NCBI GenBank assembly: GCA_963555755.3
Contig: OY820905.2
Coordinates: forward strand, 1,856,001 to 1,920,000
Direction: 5' to 3'
DNA length: 64,000 nucleotides
Source of the DNA: Nitrospirales bacterium
GTDB lineage: Bacteria > Nitrospirota > Nitrospiria > Nitrospirales > UBA8639
A program made the position numbers and the translations under genes. A model generated the notes under the pieces. That model was not told where the DNA came from, made no database searches, and worked only from the letters and a program-made list of their open reading frames with translations. Shown piece by piece: positions 21,877 to 31,925 of this stretch (the stretch's first letter is position 1; the number at the start of each line of letters is the position of its first letter).

Positions 21877-22266
21877 TCCAATTACAAGGCTCTCCGGATC
21901 TGATATAAGTGCATTCCAATCTTTTGGATCAACTCGGATCCCGGTTAATTTACCCGGCTCAACCTCGTATATTCCCATGGAAACTATTTCTTTTTTCAAC
22001 CTTACCTTCATACGGTAAAAAGGCATCTCTGTCACATAGGATCTTTTGTGTGATAAATCAGAAAAACGCAGATCTGATCTCAGATGATCTAATAACTTAT
22101 CGATACCCTTGCGGGATCCTGCCACAGTCGCATTAAGTCCCTCTTCAGCTAATAAAATAGTCCCTTTAAGATCTTCTGCTTCGCATAGCTCAAGCAGTGG
22201 CATGCGTAGTCCTTGATGATCCGCCAAGCGGACAAATTTATACATTGCAACAACAATAATATTCAT
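21871..22266 (-). pseudogene. trhO: truncated TrhO/YceA-like rhodanese-family protein
   Basis: YKFV...LKGTILLAEEGLNATVAG...PFYRMKVRLKKEIVSMG; cut off at the IS91/ISCR end. Confidence 0.7.
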
Positions 22267-22431
22267 AATTATCTCTAATTTTTATATCTTGATGTAATCA
22301 ATTTGATCGATTGTAGTATCGATATCACCACTTGCGGTATTCCTTGAGGGGATAGCTGGAGGGGATAGTGCTATGAATGGGGTAGACTTTTGGAAAAGGG
22401 CAAAGGGAAAGGCTTTTATGCGTCCGATACC

Positions 22432-22857
22432 CTACTTGACCTTAATCATCGTAGGTTTGCCGATATCCCCTATCTGGAACACTAATATCTCCAGGTCATC
22501 AGAGAGACTCAGATTCATGCCAGTCACCGCTTGACCAGCATCCTTGGCGAATACCTCTCCCGTCTTAAAGGTTTTAGTTTCACCTTCACTCTCCACAGTA
22601 AGTTCACCCTCCAACACGTAAACAAAGATGGGTCCTGGATGCATATGCTTATCACCAACAAATCCCGCTGAGATCCCGAAGTGAGTAATCGTCACCTCCT
22701 TACCTTCTATCCCGATCCCGGTGATCGGTGCCTGGTAGAGTACGTTCTTCAGTGACCTAGGCACGTACTCGTTGTCGGCGATCGCGGGAAAACTTGCTGT
22801 TCCCATCATCGTAACTAATAACAGCGAGATACTAAATAACTGTTTCATTTTTTCCAT
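22432..22857 (-). CDS. exported cupin-domain protein
   Basis: Signal peptide; KHMHPGPIFVYVLEGELTV cupin motif. Confidence 0.8.
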   Translation of the reverse strand: MEKMKQLFSISLLLVTMMGTASFPAIADNEYVPRSLKNVLYQAPITGIGIEGKEVTITHFGISAGFVGDKHMHPGPIFVYVLEGELTVESEGETKTFKTGEVFAKDAGQAVTGMNLSLSDDLEILVFQIGDIGKPTMIKVK

Positions 22858-23024
22858 TTTAGTTTTTTCCTTTTTTCTATTTAGGAAATAGGATTTATAA
22901 AAGGCCTTTTTGAGAGAATCGCACAGTACCAGATACGGGTCAAGTCTTTGGTTGACTAATACTTTTCACGGAGAATTTGGAGGCGGGGGGAGGTGGGGAT
23001 GGCATAGGGTATGGGGTCAAGACT

Positions 23025-24493
23025 CAATACTGTTCACTTAGATATCTTCGGTGGTTTGATGGATGGTGTCCAGTCAATTTGCGCAACGGGCGGTCTCGGA
23101 CGTTTGTACGGTGCGTATGGAGAGTTTCGGCGTTTCACCATCCTCGGCTTGATTTTTCCACGACTGGATTCACACAACAGTTTCGCCGTCGCCTCAAACA
23201 GCAGCCGATACCATGTTTTTTGGCGCTCAGGGGGGAAGGGCCCCAGATTGGGGCAGGGTTCGACGCACTAACTGCACCGTGGCCGTAAAAGATACCGTGC
23301 GGTCAGGGATGTCTGCCTGGGTGGCCCCTTGATACATCAACCAGCGCACGGCGTAGTGGGCCATCACCCATCCGTAGAACTCTTGACGCACCAACTCTGG
23401 CGTTTTACTGCGCAGGACGCGACGACGTTGCCTCAGGTGCGTCTTCAGCTCATCAAACACCAATTCCACCTCCCAGCGCTCGTGATACAGTTGAGCCAGG
23501 TCCTGGGCGGGTGCGCCTTGGTCATCCAGCAGCGTGGTGACGAGACGGTACAGCGGTTCGCTATTGGGCCCCTGCGGTAAGACATACTCAATCACCCTGA
23601 TGGCGATCCCATCAATTCGCTTTCTTCTGGCGCGTTCACTGGGATACAGATGGCTCAGGTACGAGCCATCGTCCAACAGCTTGTCAACTGGAAGGATCAA
23701 GCTCTTCGGCATGCGCCAGAGTAGTTGCGCTCCGGTCTGAAGGCCGGCCTGCCAATGGGCGTACCCGACAAAGCCGCGATCGGCCATGCAGAGCATGTCG
23801 GGCGTGAGGCGACGCACCAAGGGCGCGGCCACCTCCCATTCGGCCTGCTTATAGGCCCCTAGTTCGGCATCCAAAATGGCGTGACTGGCACATTCCGTCA
23901 AAATGGCGCACTGGGCTTGGGGGTAGCCGGCCTGCCCGGTTCGGCTCCCTGGGTACCCAAAGACTTGCACATTGGCTTCCTCATCCGGGACCTCAAAGTT
24001 GGAGCCATCTATCGCGACGAGTCGGTAGCCTGCAAAAAAGGCGTGGGCATGCTCTGGACGAGCCAACGGGCGCAAGCAGCGCTGTCCAATGGCTTTCAGC
24101 GCCTTCCACGTCAGCCGTGAGCGGGCTTTGCTGATGGCTGATTTGACAACGGTCACGGGAGCAACGGGTTTGTGGTCTTTCCATGCCAGCCCTTGGGCCA
24201 CAGCGGCAAACACCGCTTCGTACGCGGCCTCGCTGTATAAGCTCAACGCCATGGTGTAGTACACCACGGCAGAAGCGGGAAAGGTGCGGACACGTTCACT
24301 GTTACAATGATGTGCGTCAAGTTCTTCGTTGATGATGGCCACCGGAAAGGCACGAGCCAGTAATCCCGTGCTCAAATAATCCGCCAATCGAGCCCCCGCC
24401 CCCAAGCCGACTTTCTTTCTTGCCATGTTGCCTCCTCCCAGATTACGTGTGGAGGCGAAGTATAACAGATTTTCATCTAAGTGAACAGTATTG
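23025..24493 (-). mobile_element. IS4-family insertion sequence
   Basis: 19-bp TIRs caatactgttcacttagat / atctaagtgaacagtattg; 10-bp target duplication ggtcaagact (23015-23024 and 24494-24503). Confidence 0.92.
23227..24426 (-). CDS. IS4-family DDE transposase
   Basis: AIDGS, MADRGF and YHERWEVELVFDELK (YREK motif). Confidence 0.92.
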   Translation of the reverse strand: MARKKVGLGAGARLADYLSTGLLARAFPVAIINEELDAHHCNSERVRTFPASAVVYYTMALSLYSEAAYEAVFAAVAQGLAWKDHKPVAPVTVVKSAISKARSRLTWKALKAIGQRCLRPLARPEHAHAFFAGYRLVAIDGSNFEVPDEEANVQVFGYPGSRTGQAGYPQAQCAILTECASHAILDAELGAYKQAEWEVAAPLVRRLTPDMLCMADRGFVGYAHWQAGLQTGAQLLWRMPKSLILPVDKLLDDGSYLSHLYPSERARRKRIDGIAIRVIEYVLPQGPNSEPLYRLVTTLLDDQGAPAQDLAQLYHERWEVELVFDELKTHLRQRRRVLRSKTPELVRQEFYGWVMAHYAVRWLMYQGATQADIPDRTVSFTATVQLVRRTLPQSGALPP

Positions 24494-24705
24494 GGTCAAG
24501 ACTTGATTTAATACATTTTTAACTGGTTAGTTGCTTCTCGTTCTTCCGTTTCACCGAGTAGGTCTCCCACGTTTCTCCCGTCGTTCCCTTCCCGTTTTCC
24601 TTGCTGCAATTTCTTCTTGCTCTTGCCTTAGCTGCGTTTGCCCGTCGTTCCTTGAAGAAACGCATCCAACACTTGGGCAGGGAGTCGAGACTTGATTTAA
24701 TATCT

Positions 24706-25603
24706 TATGCCTTCCCATTTGACTAAGGTTAGTCCCTAGACTAGTCTGCTGGACTATGGACACAGGGTATGCTGCTGATATCTTGGATTTTTCTGTTAGG
24801 TTCCACACCGAAGAAGCGTGCTTCGAGTACTTGCGGGCGATTCGGTGGCCAGACGGGTTTATGTGTCCAGCTTGCGGTCATCGCGGTGGTTGGTGGCTCA
24901 AAAAATATTTCCGGTTTGAGTGTTCGTCGTGTCATAGACAGACATCACCGCTAAGCGGCACAGTGATGCATAGATCGCACTTGCCGCTACGGCTTTGGTT
25001 TTGGGCTGCCTATTTCGTCTCCACGCACACACCTGGCATCAGTGCTGTGCAATTGCAGCGTCAACTCAGTATCAAGAAGGTGGATAGCGCCTGGTATTTG
25101 CTCCACAGATTGCGACGAGGAATGATACGACAGAACCGTGAACGGCTCGCAGGAACAGTTGAAGCCGATGAAACCCATATCGGTGGACCGGTAAAAGGCA
25201 AAACGGGCCGTGGCGTCGCGAAAGCGAAAACCAAGACGTTAATAGCCGGAGCCGTAGAAATTGTCACGTACACACAAGGGATCACTTTCGAGAGAAAGCA
25301 GGGCGTTTACGGCAGCGATTCTTCCACGCTGGAGAGAACGAGATCAAAGCATTCCTCAATAGCCATGTCGCTGAGGGCTCAGATAACCGGCAAAAGCCTT
25401 GCCCCCAAGCCGAACACCTTTCTTGCCAGGGTGCCTCCTCCCAAGTGATTAGAGCGTTCGGCAATCTGCAGACCTGGCTGAACGGGATTCACCAAGATGA
25501 GTTTGTCTTTCGCTACGCACCGCCGTGAGACTCCAATGAGTGACCAGCAGCTCAAAACCCTTGGGATTCAATAAACTGAAGCAACCTTAGTTAAAGGGAA
25601 GGC
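24706..25603 (+). pseudogene. degenerate IS1595-family copy (intact 5' half, scrambled 3' half)
   Basis: Matches the downstream copy up to about 25280, then shows many small deletions and frameshifts. Confidence 0.75.
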
Positions 25604-25617
25604 TTGATTTAATATCT

Positions 25618-26606
25618 TATGCCTTCCCAGTCCCTAGACTAGATGGGGACACAGGGTATGCTGCTGATATCTTGGATTTTTCTGTTAGGTTCCACACCGA
25701 AGAAGCGTGCTTCGAGTACTTGCGGGCGATTCGGTGGCCAGACGGGTTTATGTGTCCAGCTTGCGGTCATCGCGGTGGTTGGTGGCTCAAAAAATATTTC
25801 CGGTTTGAGTGTTCGTCGTGTCATAGACAGACATCACCGCTAAGCGGCACAGTGATGCATAGATCGCACTTGCCGCTACGGCTTTGGTTTTGGGCTGCCT
25901 ATTTCGTCTCCACGCACACACCTGGCATCAGTGCTGTGCAATTGCAGCGTCAACTCAGTATCAAGAAGGTGGATAGCGCCTGGTATTTGCTCCACAGATT
26001 GCGACGAGGAATGATACGACAGAACCGTGAACGGCTCGCAGGAACAGTTGAAGCCGATGAAACCCATATCGGTGGACCGGTAAAAGGCAAAACGGGCCGT
26101 GGCGTCGCGAAAGCGAAAACCAAGACGTTAATAGCCGGAGCCGTAGAAATTGTCACGTACACACAAGGGGATCACTTTCGAGAGAAAGCAGGGCGTTTAC
26201 GATTAGCGATTCTTCAAGACGCTGGAGAGAACGAGATCAAAGCATTCCTCAATAGCCATGTCGCTGAGGGCAGTAAGATCAAGTCCGATGGTTGGAAGGG
26301 ATACTCGGCAAAAGCCTTGGCAGGATACGAACACCTGAGACGGACCCAGGGTGACCCAGCAAGTGCTGGGAAGCACGCTCCACACATCCATAGAGCGTTC
26401 GGCAATCTGCAGACCTGGCTGAACGGGATTCACCATGGAGTGGATTCAAAATACCTGCAACACTATCTTGATGAGTTTGTCTTTCGCTATAACCGCCGTG
26501 AGACTCCAATGAGTACCTTCCAGAGTTTGTTGAAAATCCTGACCAGCAGCTCAAAACCCTTGGGATTCAATAAACTGAAGCAACCTTAGTTAAATGGGAA
26601 GGCATA
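25618..26606 (+). mobile_element. IS1595-family insertion sequence (left end damaged)
   Basis: Ends tatgccttccc / gggaaggcata; an 8-bp duplication taatatct (24698-24705, 26607-26614) brackets the tandem pair. Confidence 0.85.
25672..26589 (+). CDS. IS1595/ISXO2-like transposase
   Basis: Zn ribbon (CPACG...CSSC), VEADETHIGG, KSDGWKGY, YLDEFVFRYNRR. Confidence 0.9.
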   Translation: MDFSVRFHTEEACFEYLRAIRWPDGFMCPACGHRGGWWLKKYFRFECSSCHRQTSPLSGTVMHRSHLPLRLWFWAAYFVSTHTPGISAVQLQRQLSIKKVDSAWYLLHRLRRGMIRQNRERLAGTVEADETHIGGPVKGKTGRGVAKAKTKTLIAGAVEIVTYTQGDHFREKAGRLRLAILQDAGENEIKAFLNSHVAEGSKIKSDGWKGYSAKALAGYEHLRRTQGDPASAGKHAPHIHRAFGNLQTWLNGIHHGVDSKYLQHYLDEFVFRYNRRETPMSTFQSLLKILTSSSKPLGFNKLKQP

Positions 26607-26636
26607 TAATATCTTTTAAGCTGGTTGGTTGCTTCT

Positions 26637-26818
26637 CCTGTTGAAAAAGTCCGCCAGCGGCGTTCTCGGTCATTTGCCGTGCTCACGTACTGCCGTACGC
26701 TCCGCGCGCCAAATGCCCTGCGGCCTTGCTGGACCTGGCTTCGCCGAGCCCTCCTTCGCCGAAGTGGCTACGAAGGCTGAAAGCGGCTTCGCGCAGGCGA
26801 GCGGCCTTTTTGAACAGG
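26637..26818. mobile_element. MITE family A copy (inverted) with an extra internal palindromic module
   Basis: cctgttgaaaaa...ttttgaacagg ends; core is the reverse complement of the other family A copies. Confidence 0.75.
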
Positions 26819-26896
26819 CCCTCTGCTTGTGATGAATCAGGGAATTGGTCAAATGGAATTTGGCGCTCAGACATTTTTTAGTTACTCAACGGTACC

Positions 26897-27860
26897 TTTT
26901 GGTAACACGTATCCCAAGTGGAAAGTATAAGTTATTAATTTTCCAATGAATTTTTTCAGGGAGACCTAACCCTTGTCAAGGATTGGGCTTCATTGGACAG
27001 AGCAATCAGGCAGGGTGTTGAAAAATTAAAAAACCCTCAGAAGCCGTTCATGGCTTCATGAGGAACGCAAATCACCAGTTGCAATACAGAATGCGCGGCG
27101 GCCCCCAGCAGGGACAAAAACTCGAACGGCTGTGTCGCGACATCACGCGCCCGGCCTTGGGCCACAAACGCCTGTGCCGTACACCAGCGGCGAGGCAACT
27201 CAAAACCCCGTATCGCGATGGCACCACCCACCTCGTCATGACCCCGCTGGAATTCCTGCAACGCCTCGCGGCCCTCGTCCCACGTCCCCGGCTCCATCTC
27301 ATTCGCTTCCACGTGCTGGCACCCAACGCAGCCCTGCGCTCCCAGATCGTGCCCGGCGAGTCCAACCAGGCACCGAACACTCCCGATGAGCACAGTGACG
27401 CACCCTATGCCTCCACGCAGGCTCGCATGAGCTGAGCGCAATTACCCAAACGGGTCTTCGGCCATCGACATGGCCGCCTGTCGGCAGTGTGGCGGCCCCT
27501 TGACCTTCATCGCGGCCATTGAAGATCCTGCCGTGATCGTCAAGATTCTCGCCCACCTGGGTGTGCCCACGCGTGCTCCACCTCGGTCACCGGCTCGCAT
27601 CGACGAATGCTTTCAGACAGCCTAAGCCCACCCTGGATTCCGGTTCAGTGCCCGAGGCGACACTCCCCCTTTGCCCAATTCCCCCACTCACACCCACAAT
27701 GGAGCGACAGGCTGACCCGAGCCTAGGAAAATGGACCGGTCAGACCCTACTCGTAGGATACACTCCCGCATTTCAGACGGTAACGTCTGCGAATTGACCC
27801 CGCAACGGGGTCTTTGATACTTTCCGGTTTAGGCAAAAAGGCCTTTTAAAATTCCTATTC
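26897..27860 (+). repeat. copy 2 of the direct repeat, with a more decayed IS91/ISCR transposase fragment
   Basis: Same start and same end (aaaattcctattc) as 20903-21876; ORF 27058-27435 stops early. Confidence 0.85.
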
Positions 27861-28270
27861 CCTGAGTGATATCGTGGGAACTGTCAATCGCAGCCTGAGA
27901 GGGTGGGCGAATTATTTCCACTATCGTAACTCAAGTCTGGCGATGAACAAGGTCAGAAATCATGCGGAAGCCCGGCTGCGAACTCACTTGATGAAACGCC
28001 ATAAAGTGAAGGCTCGACGAAGTGGTCTCGGCCGTTTCCCGCATGCTGATCTCTACGGGCGTTATGGGCTGTACAAAGTTCCTGTGGGACCGGGCTGGCG
28101 CTCGGCGCATGCCTTGGCTTTAAGAACATCGGAAAGCCGTGTGCGGGAAAACTGCATGCAGGGTTTGATGAGGGGGCGCTGGTCATTTCTGACTGCTCTA
28201 GCCCGGATTAGGCGCGTGCGTCGAAACGTTCGAGAGCAGACCCAGGATGAGCACCAGTGCTCTACTCTAC
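27861..28270 (+). mobile_element. 3' remnant of a group II intron (maturase tail plus domains V and VI)
   Basis: VNRSLRGWANYF maturase motif; DV-like agccgtgtgcgggaaaactgcatgcagggttt at about 28135-28166; DVI-like stem ending tctactctac at 28270. Confidence 0.85.
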
Positions 28271-28345
28271 CCCATTTCATCCTGACCCCCATCCCTTATC
28301 TCTTAATATGGTTTACCCTCTTTTTTTTCCTCTTCGAATTTCGTT

Positions 28346-29014
28346 TTAATTGTCAGAAAGTTGCTCTAGCTTAGTTAACCAATTGCTAAAGTGATCACAT
28401 TCTTCCCTAATTCGCTCTACACCAATTCGTCCAGCAATTAGGGAACCATGCAATGGTTTCTGGTAGTTCGGGTAAGCATTAATAATTCTTTGGTGGGGGG
28501 CAGTAGACTTATGGTCATTAATTTCTTCAGGGGATTGGAACTGTTCCCGGATATTCTCAAAAGTATGACGAAGTCTTGAACCTCCAGGTAGGGCATCTTC
28601 CATCGCTTGAGGGGATGAAAAAAGAAGTCCCTCGAATTCGTGTAGGGTTAGGAACGGTATGAATTTCGAGTCATTAATATCCTGTTTGATAGCTTCCTCA
28701 ACATAACAAACATGGTCATAACAGTTACTTCCCTGCGGAGCACTTCGTCCAGGGAAGGTAGAGGGGAGGCCATAATAGTCAAGCATTGTTGTTACAGCGA
28801 CGGCGCTGGTGTCTTGCAAAAGATTCCATATTTCCTTTTTCGCTTTGTGGTATTTTGGCACACCGCCCTTAAAGACGGGCTGTGAAAACACGAATTTGGT
28901 TGTTGCTACGATGGGGTGGCAATATAGATTGCGGATTTCCAGATAGGGAACCAGGAGAGTTTTTACAAATCTTTCTTCCGTTTGACCTTCAACATAAATA
29001 AAGACTTTTCTCAC
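28346..29014 (-). CDS. DUF4276-like protein (TOPRIM-like)
   Basis: YVEGQTEERFV...TTMLDYYG...HEFEGLLFS...PEEIND...C.HF..WL pattern. Confidence 0.8.
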   Translation of the reverse strand: MRKVFIYVEGQTEERFVKTLLVPYLEIRNLYCHPIVATTKFVFSQPVFKGGVPKYHKAKKEIWNLLQDTSAVAVTTMLDYYGLPSTFPGRSAPQGSNCYDHVCYVEEAIKQDINDSKFIPFLTLHEFEGLLFSSPQAMEDALPGGSRLRHTFENIREQFQSPEEINDHKSTAPHQRIINAYPNYQKPLHGSLIAGRIGVERIREECDHFSNWLTKLEQLSDN

Positions 29015-29016
29015 GA

Positions 29017-30105
29017 TTACGGTCTACCGCCCAGAAGATTTTTCTCCCAAAGATCCCCAAGACCATAATCTTCTATCCAGCTTTCCATTTCTTTACTTTC
29101 TAGATGCCTGAATGTAGATTGTCCCCTACCCCGATCCACAACGAGAATGTCTTCTGGTTGAAGTTGGTTAACAAGAGGGACTGATTGCGTAGAAACAATG
29201 ACTTGCGTTTTTTCTGAGGCACTTTTCAATAATGATGCGAGGACAGTAATTGCATAGGGATGTAAGCCTAGTTCTGGTTCATCTATCAGCACAGTTGATG
29301 GTGGTGTTGGTTGTAGAAGTAAGGTGGCTAGACACATGAAACGAAGTGTACCATCAGAGAGGTGGGAGGCCCTAAAAGGAAAATCGGATCCCTTTTCACG
29401 CCATTCCAGCCTAATATTATCTTTAGCAATAGGATCGGGTCTTAGTACGAAATCGTCGAAAAACGGAGCAACCTGCCGAATGGTGTCACGAATTGCCTCG
29501 TAATAGGAACCAGTTCGACTTTCTCTTAATAAATATAAATAGGCAGCTAAGTTTCTGGCATCTGAACGAAGATAAAGATTATCATTTATTTCCCCAATCT
29601 TTTTGACTTTTGCACTATCACTCGTGTCGTGAAAGTGGTAAAGCCTCCAAGTTTTGAGTGAATCCATAACATAGCCGGGCACTTTTTTCGGCAATTTCCT
29701 GGCAGCGTCAGGCAGTTGGCTCTCTTTGTGACCCGAGCCTAGATACTCTCGATAAACTGATGGTTTATAATCACCCCAAAAAAGACACTCCTCTCGACTG
29801 AAGAAAAGCGACCCATCTGCCGTTGGTGCCCAAACACAGTAATATCCATTCGCACCAAACCGTAGTTCGACTTCGATTTTGTCTGTGGTTTTTTCACCAA
29901 AGTGCAAAAATGTTTCAGCACCACCACCATGCGTAACCGCATTTTGAAAATTCCCAGCTCCCATCTCATTTAATAGTTTAAATATACTAATAAAATTGCT
30001 TTTTCCTGCACCATTAGATCCAATCATGACATTTAAAGCACGCAGATCTAGGTCAAGATCACGTATAGATTTAAATCCTTTAAGATTTATCTTCTCCAGT
30101 TTCAT
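29017..30105 (-). CDS. ABC-type/AAA_21 ATPase
   Basis: GSNGAGKSN, LSDGTLR, IDEPELGLHP, STQS. Confidence 0.9.
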   Translation of the reverse strand: MKLEKINLKGFKSIRDLDLDLRALNVMIGSNGAGKSNFISIFKLLNEMGAGNFQNAVTHGGGAETFLHFGEKTTDKIEVELRFGANGYYCVWAPTADGSLFFSREECLFWGDYKPSVYREYLGSGHKESQLPDAARKLPKKVPGYVMDSLKTWRLYHFHDTSDSAKVKKIGEINDNLYLRSDARNLAAYLYLLRESRTGSYYEAIRDTIRQVAPFFDDFVLRPDPIAKDNIRLEWREKGSDFPFRASHLSDGTLRFMCLATLLLQPTPPSTVLIDEPELGLHPYAITVLASLLKSASEKTQVIVSTQSVPLVNQLQPEDILVVDRGRGQSTFRHLESKEMESWIEDYGLGDLWEKNLLGGRP

Positions 30106-30327
30106 ATTTCTGTCGTGAACCTTTCTACGCCTTCACAAATGGTACAAAATAAAGGCTGTTATTCTCTACTTGAAATAATTTACGACGAATTAAAAATCTT
30201 GGACCGTAAGGAAATGGCGACAGGCTACTTTTTGAAATGAACGGTGTCAACAGTCTTTTACGATAATACGCGCGAACCTGGGTCGGGGTGAGTTCTCACA
30301 TTCCTACATTTTTGCTAAACTCACACT

Positions 30328-30630
30328 ATGGCCAGACCGTTACGACTGGAATTTGCAGGGGCGTTGTATCATATCACCTCACGAGGAGACAGGCGCGACG
30401 CCATTTATCGAGCCGCTGACGATCGAGAAGCCTGGTTGGAAGTCCTTGGCAACGTCTGTGCCCGGTTTAACTGGGTCGTGCATGCGTATTGCCAGATGAC
30501 CAACCATTATCATGTGCTTGTGGAAACCATAGACGGCAACCTCTCACGCGGCATGCGGCAATTGAATGGTCGATATACCCAGCGGTTTAATCGCCGCCAT
30601 GGCCTGGTTGGGCATGTGCTTCAAGAATCC
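30328..30630 (+). pseudogene. truncated REP-associated tyrosine (Y1/HUH) transposase, RAYT-like
   Basis: MARPLRLEFAGALYHITSRG...MTNHYH...FNRRHGLVGHVLQ; similarity ends at a repeat of the upstream ggggt(g/c)agttctcacattcctaca motif. Confidence 0.8.
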
Positions 30631-30729
30631 GGGGTCAGTTCTCACATTCCTACAGTAGGTGTTGAAAAAGTCAAAAACTATCAGAAGCAGTTCCTGCTCC
30701 AGGAAGAAATCAAAACACCAGTTGCAATG

Positions 30730-30849
30730 CAGGGTGTTCAAAAGGTCCATCCAGCAAGGCCGCAGGGCTTTTGGCGCGCGGAGCGTACAGCAGTACGTGG
30801 GCACGACAAAAGTCCGAGAACGCCGCTGGCGGGCATTTTCAACATCCTG
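30730..30849. mobile_element. MITE family A copy
   Basis: cagggtgttcaaaa...ttttcaacatcctg with the shared ccagcaaggccgcag...gaacgccgctggcgg core; abuts the secF stop. Confidence 0.8.
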
Positions 30850-31770
30850 CTATCGGCCCCGGCTCAGGAGCCGGCCTTCGATTCCTGGCCAGGCCAGGAG
30901 AAGGGGGCTGGCGACAAAAATTGAGGAATAGGTCCCAATGAGCACGCCAAGAAGAAGTGCCAAGGCGAAATCGTGCAAGACTTCGCCCCCAAATAGCGTC
31001 AACGGCAGCAAGACCAGGACCACCGTCAGCGTGGTGATGAGCGTCCGGCTCAACACCTGATTAATGCCGTTATTGATAATGGTCAGAATGGAATCGCGCC
31101 GACGCGCCCGCAGGTTTTCCCGAATCCGATCAAACACCACGACCGTATCCGTGAGGGAATACCCGGCCAGGGTCAGGAGGGCCGTCACCACCAACAAGGT
31201 GATTTCGATATCCAAAAGATAAAAAATCCCGAGGACGGCTAAGACATCATGAAACGTGGCGATGGCTGCAGCCACGCCAAATCGCAACTCAAAACGCGAT
31301 GCGACATAGAGAATAATGCCGATTAAAGAAATCGTAATAGCCAACAAGGCATCCTGTTGCAGCCGATGGCCAATGGTGGGACCGATCTCGATACTGGAAT
31401 CCACAACAAATTTATTTGTGGTAAATTCTTGTTCAAAGATTTGAATAATCCGTTCGGAAATTTTCTCCTCAATCGTGCCTTCGGTTTTGACCCGGATCAA
31501 CAGTTTATTGTCCTGGGTGAATTCCTGAAGTTCTGCATCGTTGAGGCCATGCTTGATCAGTGCCTGCCGGGCCACATCAATGGCAATGGGATTCTCAAAT
31601 TTTAATTGCACCGCCGTCCCACCGGAAAAATCAATTCCTAAATTCGCCGCGCCTCGCCCAATCTGAACGATGGTGAAGAGCCCAAGGACCACCAAAAATC
31701 CTGAAATGACAAGGGCAACCTTCCGTTTCCCCATAAAATCAATGTTTGTTCTGCCAACGATTTCGAGCAT
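30850..31770 (-). CDS. secF: protein translocase subunit SecF
   Basis: GIDFSGG, HDVL, GYSLTDTVVVFDRIREN. Confidence 0.96.
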   Translation of the reverse strand: MLEIVGRTNIDFMGKRKVALVISGFLVVLGLFTIVQIGRGAANLGIDFSGGTAVQLKFENPIAIDVARQALIKHGLNDAELQEFTQDNKLLIRVKTEGTIEEKISERIIQIFEQEFTTNKFVVDSSIEIGPTIGHRLQQDALLAITISLIGIILYVASRFELRFGVAAAIATFHDVLAVLGIFYLLDIEITLLVVTALLTLAGYSLTDTVVVFDRIRENLRARRRDSILTIINNGINQVLSRTLITTLTVVLVLLPLTLFGGEVLHDFALALLLGVLIGTYSSIFVASPLLLAWPGIEGRLLSRGR

Positions 31771-31925
31771 CGGTCCCCTCAATTGTAATAAAATCCCCGC
31801 CGCAAGCAGTGAGGTATTGATTGGAAAATCCCCCTCACCCCCTTTTCCAAAGGGGGGACCCTTCGACCTGACTCAGGGCAGGCTTCAAGGGTTACCCCAA
31901 GACAGCGCACAGAGGAATCACGAGT

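Noticed and set aside
22289..22302. ttgatgtaatcaa as an FNR box
   Set aside because: The spacer is 3 nt rather than the 4 nt of TTGAT-N4-ATCAA.
30630..30924. C-terminal half of the 198-aa ORF 30328-30924 as genuine RAYT sequence
   Set aside because: It is read-through into repeat and MITE DNA and overlaps the end of secF.
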